From positions 2,728,001-2,792,000 of the forward strand of contig OZ218961.1 in NCBI GenBank assembly GCA_965112735.1: 64,000 bases of DNA. The letters are read 5' to 3'. The translations under genes and the position numbers were made by a program. Shown piece after piece: positions 33,801 to 46,002 of this stretch (position 1 is the first letter of the stretch; every line of letters begins with the position of its first letter). The notes under the pieces are model-generated. The model worked only from the letters and a program-made list of their open reading frames with translations. It was not told the DNA's origin and did not search any database. Origin of the DNA: Phaeosaccion multiseriatum (Eukaryota > Protista > Ochrophyta, other classes).

Positions 33801-36800
33801 TGAAGGAGCTCCGCGGCGCCTTCTTGGACCTTGATCATGATATCAGCCCCGCACAGCTCAAGGCCTGGTGTCAGGAGATGGACCTCAGGGCGATGGACCG
33901 ACTCGGATTGGCAGGTGAGGCATGGGGAGAGGGGAGGGGAGGAGGGAGGGAGGGAGGGAGGGAGGGAGGGAGGGAGGGAGGGAGGGAGGGAGGGAGGGAG
34001 GGAGGGAGGGAGGGAGGGAGGGAGGGAGGGAGGGAGGGAGGGAGAGAGGGAGGGAGGGAGGGAAGGAGGGAGGGAGGAAGGGAGGGAGGGAGGGAGGGAA
34101 GGGCGCGATACCATGTTTCCCCCACACAACTACCAGCCGCACTCCACTGGCGCAATAGTGTAGTATTAAAGCGTCGTACTTAACATCGGATACTATTTCC
34201 TCTGTCCGTTTCTCCTCCCCTCCCCTCCCTGCACTCTCGCTCTCCCTGCCTTGTCGTTACATCACTGAACCTGCGCCACTGGACGGGACTCAACTGAACT
34301 GGACTGCCTCGGATTGAACAATGAAACAAACTATAGACTTTGCCTACACCTACTACACCTTGTTCTTCGACGAGAGCAGCGGCGCCATTTGGGGAGCAGA
34401 GACAGGGGATGCCCAAACCCTTGCCCTCTCTTCTCACCGAGGCAGAGATGCCCTGCTCAATGTATCGGGCCGGAGAGGGGACGGAGGGCTCAGGTCAGTG
34501 ACGGTGTTGATGGGGGTGGTGGCGCTGCATTCGAGAGTGGAAGAAGGGAGGAGAGGGAGGGAGGGAGGGAGGGAGGGAGGGAGGGAGGGAGGGAGGGAGG
34601 GAGGGAGGGACGGAGGGAGGGACGGAGGGAGGGAGGGAGGGAGGGAGGGAGGGACGGAGGGACGGAGGGAGGGAGGGTGGTGGGTATGCCGCCTCTCGAC
34701 GACTTACCATTTCCGTCCTTATTTACTGTAACTGAAGCACACATTGTCTCCTCTCCTCTACCTCGCTCTCTCTCCCTCTCTCTCTTCCTCGCTCTCTCAC
34801 TCTCTTTCTCTATCTCTATGTATCTCTCTCCCCCATCCCTTCTATATCTCTGCCGGACCGACCATGTTTGTCATTAACACGGCACCCTCCTTCGACACCC
34901 AATCCTGCCTACTTGGCACCCCAACCTTCCCTACCTCATTCATCAGAACCATCGCGGAAGTGGCTGCCACAGTGTTTCAGGAGGAGAAGTGGGAGGGGAC
35001 TCCGGAGCAGCATGCCTCCCTACTAAGGTGATGAGGAGGAGGGGAGAGGAGAGGAGAGGAAAGGGGCGGACCTAAGCATACCTAAGCATACGTAATTCGT
35101 GTGTTTGTGTGGTTGCACTCTTGCCTTTGTTTTCTTCATGCTTACGATAATTTCCTTTGCTTTGCTTTGCTTTGTTTTGCTTTGCTTTGACCCCGGGGGG
35201 GACGCTCTGTTGTTCTGCCGATCGCTCCATCGGGAACACAGACGTCTCTGCGTGGGCAGACCCTTGGTACAGCAAGAGCTGCTCCGAGCCACGAGGGATG
35301 CCTTCGAAGGCCTCGATCAAGACGGGGTGGGAGAGCTTCCCCTCGGTCACGCCAAGGCCCTCGTCAACGGCCTTAGACCCGGGCACGACAAGAGCACCCT
35401 GCTCGACGCACTCGCCAACTTCACCTCCACCATCGGTGGCGAAGATGGGAAGAAGCAAAGAGGCAAGCAAGGAGGGAAGCAAGGACGGAAGCAAGGAGGC
35501 GGCGGCAGGGGGGAGCAAAAGGAGGGCGGTGGGGAGAAGGAGGAGGAGGACGAGGAGGAGGAGGAGGAGGAGGGGTTCGATGGGTCTCGTCGTCGTCGCT
35601 CCTTCTCTTCGACTCGACCTGCCTCGTCCTCCTCGACCTTTGCTCTGCCGGAGTTCTTCGCAGCCTTTGGCTTCGCCTTTGAGAGCAGTGGAGGAGACGC
35701 CAAACCTACCGTATCCACCGCCTTTGCAATGCTGAGGCTCCATGCCACATTGGCAGAGGCAAGGACGGCAGGGGAGACGGTGCTACGCTACTTGGACAAC
35801 GTTCTTACCAGCGTTGGCGACGCTCGGCTGTGGAGAGTCAACTGCAGCAACGATGTGTTCTTCTCTCGGGTGGGCCGCCACAAGGGTGGGGTTGAGCTCA
35901 TGAAGGCCGTGGGCTTTGCCGACGGAATGGTTACACACAACAGCAGCAGCCGAAGCAGTAGCAGTAGCAACAACAAGAGCACCTCGACTATGGGTGGGGG
36001 TGGGGACGGAAACCCTCGGAAAGAATGGATGATCCTGGAGGGTACGGTGGGTGCCAATGGAAAGCCCATTGCCGACATCGGAGAGGAGCAGCGCCGAGTG
36101 CTGAGCACCTGCAGAGCCGAGGTTGAGGCTGAGGTCGTGGCTATGGAGGGGGCCCCAAGCGTGGCCGCAGCTCTCAGAGAGATGCGTGGCAGCACCGGCC
36201 AAGAGGGAGGAGGAGGAGGAGGAGGAGGAGGAGGAGGAGGAGGAGGAGGAGGAGGAGGAGGAGGAGGAGGAGCGGGGGGGGGGGGCTTAAGCGTTGGGGA
36301 TGTGAAAGGGGCCGCGGAGATGGCACTTCAGTACGTGACGAATGTGCTGAGGAACCCTCGGGATGGGAGAATGCATCGTATCCGCATTGCTAATCCCGCT
36401 TTCCACGGAGCCATCGGTCGACATCTGCCCGCTGGCGGCGGGGGCGGAGGTGAGTGAGAGAGAGGGAGAGAGCGAGGGAGGGAAGGAGGGAGAGAGGGAA
36501 ATAGAGAGAGAGGAGGGAGGGAGGCAGGGAGGGAGAGAGGGAGGGAGGGAGGGGTCCTTTCACCCCCCACCCCCATCTAACCTTTGCACCCTCACCCCCT
36601 TGTCTCTTTATGTGTTGCATGTGTGTCTGTCCCTCCCCACCCCCCTCTCTCTGTGTGTGTGTGTATGTGCGTTTCTCTCTCTGTCCCTCCCTCCCCCCCA
36701 ACTCTCTCTCTCTCTCCATGCCTGTGTCTATGTGTGTATCTGTCTACCTCTCCCTGCCCCCCCCCCCCCCTCTCTCTCTCTTATCCAGGTCTACTCATGG

Positions 36801-39800
36801 AGGCGTGTGGGTGGAAGGCCCAGGAGAGGGGGGACGTGTTGGTACTGTCACTCAACGGCTCTCCCACGACGATCACAAATGGCACAAATGGCACCACCAC
36901 CACCGTCGAGAATACGCATGGTGGCGATACCGCAGGGGCGTCGTCGTCACCTCTGACGTCCTTCTCGTTCCCAGGTTTGGATGCCGCTGGGGAGGGCTTT
37001 CTGTGGCGGAGGAAGGCGGACCTGGAAGCTGCCATCGACGCACTCGGAAAGGAAATGGCCTTGGCCCACAGCGACGGACGAGGAGGAGGAAGAGGAGGGG
37101 CAAGACGAGGGGAGAGGCACTCGCGCTCGGCCGGGCAAGACTTGGCCGATGCAAGCTTGCTCTCCGGCGGCGGCGGAGGGAAGATGAGTAACGCCAACAT
37201 GCAAGCCATGAGCCTGAAGCAACGAGGAGGAGGAGGAGGAGGAGGAGGAGGAGGAGGAAGAGGAGGGACGCTGGGTGGGCGTACGATAAGCAAGGAGAGG
37301 CAGCGGCAACAGCACCAGCGCGCCGCCGCAACCATGAGCGCAGCGACAAAGAAGGTGCAGGCCTTCCTCAAGGGCACCACTCGTGCCCAGCGGCTCCAAC
37401 TAGAGCTCATCCGGGCTGCCTTCGACCGCATCGATGTCAACGGAGATGGAACCATCACACCGGAGGAGGTGCGGACGTACTTCCGGGCGAGGGGGCAGGA
37501 CAGCAGCGAGCGTCGCGCGGCCAAGTGGATACGCGAGAGAGATATGACTCAGGACGGCGTGGTGGGCTTTGAGGAGTTTTGTGCGTCTTTCCAGGCCCTC
37601 ATACCCCCTGAGACGAAGGGATGGCTCGCAGCAGACAAGAGCATGACCGGGGCTGCCATTGCAGAGGCCACCAAAGGCCGGGCAGGAGCAGGAGCGGGAC
37701 AGGCAGATAGCAGTGCACGGCGTGGCAGTGGAAGAGGCGGCGGTGCCAGGAAGGAGAGCATCGCAGCCATGCTCTCCGGCGGCGGCGGTGGTAACGGTAG
37801 TAACGGCAGTGCGAGTGGCTGTGGTGTGTCGGAGGTGACGGCCGCCTTTGGAGCCCTTCGCCTCTGCACGACCATCGAGGAGGCCCAAGTGGCACTGGAG
37901 TGGTGCGTGGACTTTATTCAACGCATCCTCAACGCGCCAGGCAACTCCTCCTACTGGCAGTTGCTCCTCACCTCGCCGGACTTTGACCAGGCCGTAGGCA
38001 GGCACTTGGGTGGAGTGTCGCTAATGGAAGCCTGTGGCTTCGGTCTCGAGTCACAGGGGACAGTGTTGGCGCTTCGGGACCAGAGAGGTACGCGGTGGGA
38101 GGATGCCCGTGTGCCTCTAGATGTCTTGGCGCAGCTCAAGGGGGCGCAGCAGCAGCTCCTAGGCCATGTGCGCGGATTGGAATACCCCGCCATTAGTGAT
38201 GTGGCCGCGGTGTCTAGCGCGGTGGGTCTCCTCGGGGCAAGAGGAAGAGCAGGAGGAGGAGGAGGAGGAGCAGCAGCAGCTGCAGGTCCATCGGCCTATG
38301 TGAAGTGTATCCAGCTCATCGTTCGCTACTTGCAGAACGTGGTTGGGCACCCCACAGACCCCAAGTATCGACACATCAGCAGCACCAATGGGCCCTTTCG
38401 ATCGTGCGTGGCCTCCCTCCCCGGGGGAGTGGAGCTCATGGTCGGGCTTGGCTTTCGAGAGACGGCGGATGGAGGAATGACGCTGCCGCGGACGGTCTGT
38501 CTGGAGCGGCTTGCGGCGCGTTTGCTTGAGTTAGAGGCGGGTCTACCGTGGCTGCAGAGTCGAGCCGAGGCGGAGGCGGCGGCTGCTGTATCACCAACTG
38601 CTGGGGCTGCTGGAGGTGCCGGGGCTACTCATCAAGCCAAAGGGAGAAGGGGGGTTGGCGGTATAGCTGGCGTGGGTGGTAAGGACAAGGGAGCGGCTGC
38701 TGCTACTACTGCTTCTTCTGCTGGCGCGGAAGAGGGCAAGGAGGATAAGGAGAAGCAGCAGCAACAGTTGGTGATACAGGAGAGAAGGGAGAAGGCCAAG
38801 GTGGCGGCCGCGGTAAAGGAGGCGCTGACGAGGGAGCAGAAGGTTCGCAAGAAGGTTGAGGCCAAGCTCGAGCAGAGCACAAGGGCGGCGCACCTCCTTG
38901 AGGAGAAGGTTACCGAGTTGAGACATCGCGGAGGCCTCACGCTGCCCATGAACGATGCTGCCACCATTGCCCGCATGAGCGCTCAGGAGAGGGCAAAGGT
39001 GGGGAAGTTGGCGACGACCCTCGGACTCGACTTGTCCAACGTACCTGTGGCCATGACCACCCTGCTTCAGGAGAAGCAATTGGTGGCACAGCAGCAACAA
39101 GGGGAGGCTTTTGGGGGAGGTGCAGCCTCCGGCGGCAGCGGTGGCGGCTTCCGTTCTACTGCTTCCGCTGCTGCTGCTGCTGCTGCTTCCTCTTTGGGGG
39201 GAGGCAGAGCTTTAGCGAATGGTGCCAGAGGAGGAGGCGTAGGAGGGGGAGGGAGAGCATCGGCAGGCAAAGGCGCGGCCGTCCTCTCTACTATGGTCTT
39301 GGCGGGGTGCACTCACCTGCCCGTGGAGGGTGTGGCTGGGAGGGGCAAAGGAGAGGCAGTTGGTGGTGCAGTTGGTAGTATGCCCTTCAAGGTTGGCAGC
39401 AAGATTCGGATCGGCAGCGGGCTTGCTCCACCCGCCGCGGAGGAGCGCTTCGTCACTGGCTATGCAGGACCGGGGGGTACCACTACTGCCTCTCATGCGG
39501 TCGTACCACCAACTGCTGATGCTGATGGATCACCAACTGCTCCAGCGGCTGTGCTGGTGTTGGACCGTCCTCTGGAGCAGCCCCATCACGGAGCGGGTGA
39601 GATGGTGGCGATCGTCAAGGCCACGAAGATGGAGATGAAACGCTTCAGACACCGTCTCATGCACAGCACCATTCAGGACGAATTTGTGCTACCCATGGTG
39701 GCAGTAGCGTGTGCAGAGGGAGAGAAGGTGGTCGTCGCCAGAGCGGCACAGGCGCATTACCAACGTAGGCACGTCCCCACTTTCGTCTACAGCGCGACGC

Positions 39801-42800
39801 CTGTCTTTCGCCAGCGGCTGCAAGGCTGCCCAGCGACAGCGGCAGCCAATGGTATGGGAGGAGGAGGAGTAGGGGGAGATCACAATGCGGCCCAGAGGGT
39901 GGTGGCGCTTCCATCACTCGGGCGACTGCTCACCTTGGACGCCCGAGGGGGGCGCGGCAGTCGTATGGGTGGCATCAGCGGCAGGATCACAGCTGGCTGT
40001 GGAGTACCATCCTTCGTGGTGCTTGATGAGGGCTTCCCCCTCGCCGATCTGTGGCGCTTCTTTGCACGTCTCGACGTGGACGGAGGCGGCAGTGTGGATG
40101 CACTCGAACTCGTCAGCGCCCTCCGGCAGGACCCACTCATGGCCACTCTGCTCTGCTCAGGCACGGGACGGGACGCCACGTCTTCCTTTGCGTGTGGTGG
40201 TGGTGCAGTTGGTGATACAGCGGCGGCGGCAGCAGCAGCAGCAGGGCTGTTTGGGGCTATGGATGCGGATGGCAGTGGAAGCGTCTCGTGGGACGAGTTC
40301 CATTCCTTCTTCCGCCCTGCCACACTGCGCCGTATCACCAACGGCAGCAGCACCGCGTCCATCACCTATGCCACCCCGCGCCGTGATGAGAACGAGTTGG
40401 AGTCGGATAGAAATAGAAACACGCCAACAACAACAACAAGAGAGACAGGAGGAGGAGTGAGGCCGGCAGACCGTTACCTCCGGACGCTTCCCTGGGCGGC
40501 GGGGCTATCGGACAGAGAGCTTGTGGTGTTACGCAAGGTGTTCGACACGTTCGACACGTCGGGAGATGGCAAGGTGTCCCCAGAGGAGCTGCGGCAGCTT
40601 TGTGCAGAGCTTGACGGGACGGCGCTTGACCTCGAGGGGGAGGATGTTGCCGCTCTCACCACTTCAACGGCAACATCGACGTCAACTGCAACTTCAACTT
40701 CAACTTCAACTTCAGCTGGGGTGGTGCAGAAGCGACGGAGCATGGAGGGGGAGGTTGAGACGATGGTCTCTTTTGAGGCATTCGTGCGTCTGAGATGCGC
40801 CAATGGAAGCGGCGCTTGGCGATTCGCCGCTCTTCCCCTCCTGAGAAGGGCCTTTGCCACGGCTGCTGGAAAGGCGGCAGCGGCTGCAGCATCATCTACT
40901 GATACCACTGCTGCTACGACTGCTATCACTGCCACTTCTGCCACCACAACTGCCTCAACTTGCACCCCTCGGCCGTCAGCTGCCATCGTGGTGAGTCGAA
41001 ACGCCCTCCTTGAGGTGGCCTTTGCGGATGCAGAGCTTCGTCCCTTCCTCAACCGACACGTGGCGGCGTCGAGTACAGGGGGGCAGGCGGGGAGGGCGGC
41101 AGTAACAACCACGACGACGACGACCAGTACCAACACCGTAGCCCGTCTCCTACGCTCACTGGGTAGTGATGGAGGAGGGGGAGGAGGGGCTGGAGACGAT
41201 GGCGATGTGGCGGTGGATTGGTGGCAGGTTGAGGCCATACTCTTTCCCCAGGCGCCCCCACACGCCATCTTCCGCAAGCCTCCCAGCTTCATCACCATCA
41301 ACGGCGGCAGCAGCAGCAGCATCCGCGAGAGCAACCTCAATAGCAACAGCAACAGCAAGAGCATCAGTGGTGGTGATGGTGGTGGTGGAGCTGGTGGTGG
41401 AGGAGGTGACGAGAGCAACGAAGTGTACGAGGTGGAGGTGGACCCCTCGGGTCAGCGTCTGTACCTGCTCATGCGGGACGGCGGGCTCTGCGTGTGGGAC
41501 GCCGTGATGATGCGCCCTCTGCAGCAGCGGCAGCAGCTCATCACGCACGACCCCACCCCTACTGTCAGCTCCGCTTGCTCTACCACCAGTTGTGCCACTG
41601 CGTCTGCTGGCAATGGGGAAGCGGCCGTAGCAGCAGCAGCAGCAGAAGGCTCGATCGCTGCTTCCTCCCTCTTGTTCAACATTGAGACGCAAGCCACGCA
41701 CCGCCAATGGCGTAGATCAGTGGGCTTCGACAACACAGATGGCAGCAGCAGCAGCAGCAGCAGCAGCAATGGAGCACCACATCGCCCGCCTCCCATGAGC
41801 AAAGCTGACGCTCTTCTGGTGAGCAAGGGTTATGCGCGACTGCTTCTCGGCCTCCGTCCCCACTGCAGAGTGCTGCGAGCGGTGCCCTCCGCTGGCCTGC
41901 TCCTGGTCAATACTTCAGCTGGCGACGGCTGCATGCGATATCATGAGCCGTTGGTGCTTCGGAGGCTGTGCCGGGTGAAGCTTCAGCTGCCTGCCAGCCC
42001 GCATTTCGACCCAGGTGAGTGGGAGGAGGAGAGAGAGGAGGAGGAGACGGAGAAGGAGGAGGAGGAAAGCGCCTTCACTCACACAAGAAGCTGAAACTCC
42101 GACTACCTCTCTTGCTCCAATCATCTCTGAATGGCATGATTCGTACCGCGCCCCCCCCTTATTTGTTACAAGACTATATACTATCGGGAGAGTGAGAGCT
42201 AAACCTACAGGAGGGTATGGGGCTATTCCTGACAGTGTCGTGTGCGACATGTACTCAGCCAAAAGCCTTACACTACCCCTCCACCCCCCCCTCTCTCGCC
42301 CCCTCTCTCCTTCTCTCTCCCTCAAAGGCCTCTTTGACTTGGGAGGCAACTCAGACGGCGTCTCTGCCGCTCGGGTGGCAAAAGCAGAGGCACGGGGGTC
42401 GACGAGCGCCTCGGCAGTGAGGGACTTTGCTTATGTGCCTCACGCACAGCTTATACTCGCACTAGTCTCCGGCAAGGGGCAGGTACGGAAGGACGGCAAG
42501 GGGGAGGGAGGGGAAGGAGATTGTATAGCTGACACACCCCCGTAGAACTGATACCCTTTCATCTGACACACCCCCGTAGAACTGATACCCTTTCATCTGA
42601 CACACCCCCGTATAACTGATACCCTTCCTCTCTGTCTCTGTGTGTCTCTCTCTCTCTTCTTTTCTCGCTCTGTGCATGTGTGTGTGTGGGTGAATCTCTC
42701 TCCATCACGCTCTCACTCTCTCTCCACTCAACAGGTGCTTGGGCTGTGTGGTACGACCGGTTTCCTCCTTGCGAGCTTCGCTGGGCATCAAAGTCCCACC

Positions 42801-45800
42801 ACCACCCTGCTGTACGAGCCCGCGTATCACCACCTCGTCACGGGCGACACAGATGGCGACATCCGCTTGTGGGAGGTGGGTATGGCCTCCCCCGCCCTCT
42901 GTGCTCTCGCCAAATGGAGAGAGGCTCTCTGCGGAGGAGGAGGAGGAGGAGGAGGAGGAGGAGGAGGAGGAGGAGGAGGAGGAGGAGGAGGAGGAGGAGG
43001 AGGAGGAGGAGGAGGAGGAGGAGGAGGAGGGGTGGATGATGGTGAAGGTCATAGTCAATCTCGAGCAGGAGCAGCAGGAGCAGCAGGAGCAGCAGCAGGA
43101 GCAGCGCCGCCACAGATGGCGATGGCGAATAGACTCACACGTGTTATGCGCCTGCTCTACCCGGCCATGTTAAGGCAGGCTCAGCAGCAGGACAGTAGTA
43201 GCAGCAGGAGGGGCGGGCTCACAGGCTGGCAGCTCGGCACCGTGAGCGCCGTTCTGCATCGAAAAGATGCGTGGGGGGATGACAACAACAACAGCAGCGG
43301 CAGCAGCAGCAGCAGCGGGCTCGATGGCAGCTTGCCCCACCGCCACGCAAACACCCATGCCCACGGCCGTGGGCCCCATCAACAACTCGTGGTGGAGGTA
43401 GAGTACGAGGACGGGAGGGTGGAGCTCGGGGTGAAGCCTCATGAACTTCGGAGGCCTATCGAGGCGGAGAGGCATTCCTCCCTCGGACCCCTCTGGACCG
43501 CCAAGGCTGTCTCTCCGGAGAAGGGGGCTAAAGTAGCGGTATTTCGCCGCAAGGGAGGGTCAGGGCCCGAGTCCTCGGAGCTAGAGGAGGTGGTGAAGCG
43601 TCTGTTCGACCGTTTCGATGAGGATGGCAGTGGACAGATAGACATGGGAGAGTTCATCGATGCCCTCAGGGAAGTGAGAGATACAGGAAGTCTGTCATCA
43701 TCACCATCAACACCATCAACACCATCAACACTGGCATCGCGATCGGCGTCGGCAGGGTGGGAGGACGAGCAAGAGCGAGCGCAGGAGAGAGCGGGCGGCC
43801 GACGAGGAGAAGGGATGCGGGGGGAAGTGTCCGACCCCAACGAGCGGCTGGAGCTCTCGCTGGTCGAGGACAGCGAGCTCAGGCTGCTTGCCTCCTCCTT
43901 CGACCTCGATGGGGACGGGATGGTGTCGTACCTTGAGTTCACAAGGGCGATGGCAGCGGCTCGGAGCAGGCCGGAGGCAGAGGAGCGGCATCGTCGAGAC
44001 ACAGAGGAGAAGGTCAGAAAACTCGTGTTGGAGGCAGCCACGATCGTCGCCGCTGCCGCTGCTGCTGCTGCTTCTGTATCACCAACTGCTGGTGGTGAGG
44101 GGAGGTCGGCCCTGCTGGGCAGCATGGGCAGCGGCAAGAAGGCCATGGCCTCTGCGGCTCGACTGCTGCGCTGTATGGTGCCATCCAAGCGCATCCTTCG
44201 TGGCCACACCAAAGCCATCACTGCGCTGCGCTACATGCCCGTCTCCATGCTGCTGGTGTCTGCTTCTGAAGGCTCTCCCCGAGCCAGAGGAGGAGAAGGA
44301 GGAGGAGGAGGAGGAGGAGGAGGAGGAGGAGGAGGGGGATCCCTGCGAGTGTGGGATCCCTGCGCGAAGCCTCACCGCCTCGTCCACCCTGGGGGTACTG
44401 CCCACCTTCGAGAGTGGCCGGGCTACTACCTCCCCTCCGCAGAGCAGTGGACGGAGCAGGGCAAGGCCTACGGATGCGTCATGACCATCCCCCTGCTGCC
44501 ACCCTCTGCCTCTGCCTCTGCCTCTGCTACTGCTTCGACTGCTGCTGCTGCTACTGCTGCTTCTGCCTCTGGCGCTGGCGCTGCGGGGGTAACCCCCTTG
44601 GGTACAGGCATGGAAGGAGGATGGACCTCGTCGGCTGCTTGCGTCATCGCTTCCAGCAGCGGTGGAGGAAGTGGCGGTGGTGTTGGTGGCGGTGGTGATG
44701 TTGACGACTTGTTGGGCCCGCGGCGATGGGCTACCGCAGTGAGCATGGAGGCAATGGTGCTTTCGGGGCAGAGCGTGAGTGCGCGCGTGATCTGCCGCCC
44801 CGAGGGGGCCGATACAGCGCGGGCCATGGACCAGGATGGGGCCAAAGAGCAGCGGAGCCATCAACGAGCAGCAGGGGGAGGAGGAGGAGGAGGAGGAGGA
44901 GGAGGAGGGGATGGCAGCCGAGGGTTCTTGTATCTGCTGGACGACGGCACCGTGCTCACTCTGCCCACCGAGGAGGGCTTCCACAGTCGCTATGTCACGC
45001 TCAGCGATGCGGCGTTCTTTGAGGTATACGGAGGAGGAGTAGGAGGAGGAGGAGGAGGAGGAGGAGGAGGAGGAGGAGGAGGAGGAGGAGGAGGAGCGGG
45101 GGGAAGCTCGCCTCAGCGGGCATTGCTGCTGCGGAAGATCTTTGAACGCCGCAGCCGAGTGGTCCGAGTTGGATACACGTCTTACTCCTGGCACCTCGGC
45201 GTCAATGTGGTGGAGCTTGGGTCACAAATTGGGGCTGGCGATACACTCGGAGGGAGGGCCACGCAAGGGAGGGGCCGAGGGCGAGGGTGCGAGGATGGAC
45301 TGGTGTACTTAGACGCCCCCGGGGGGCAACAGAACCCGGGGGGGGGCAGTGGCAGCGGCGGCGGCGGCGGCTCTATTCCTTGTGTACTGTTCTACGCCTC
45401 GAGCGATGGGCCTGATGTCGACATCTGCGGGCAGCTTCGACGGACGCAGATGCAGCGACAGAGGCTGGAACCGAGGGGAGGACAAGGAGGAGGAGGAGGA
45501 GGAGGAGGAGGCGCAAGGACGAGGAGAGGAGGAGGAGGAGGAGGAGGAGGGGGAGGTTCGTCGTCAACGGGTATGGTTGTGAGGGTTCATGCTGACGGAA
45601 GCGTAGAGGTGGCGGTGGATGCGACCGGGAAAATCACTCGTGTCTTGAGCGGCATGTGCAGAGTCCTTGGGGGGAGGACAAGGCGACCGACCGATGGGGT
45701 GAGTGGTGGAGCGCCGCTTCAAGTCGGGGCGGCGGTGCGTCTCCTTAGAACCTCATCTGCAGCGGCAGGAGGAGGAGGAGGAGGAGGAGGAGGTGGTGGA

Positions 45801-45971
45801 AAGAGTGGTGGTGCTGCTTCTTCATCGTCTTCTTCGTCCTCGGGTACCGTCGTTGGTGGTACAGCTGCGGCCGCCGCTGAGCAGGCACAGGCCACGGAGG
45901 TGCTGTGTGTGGAACTAGTGCGCACAGCCGGCACTCCACATCAGCCGAAGCATCAGCCGTTGGTGATACAG

Positions 45972-46002
<31 letters not shown>

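Noticed and set aside
33257-34877. ORFs of SLTH/PPSL/GGRE/VCVC repeats
   Set aside because: Translations of intronic microsatellites.
38589-38595. TATCACC in the 15-mer resembles a lambda operator half-site
   Set aside because: Only a 7-bp match, with no operator symmetry or phage context.
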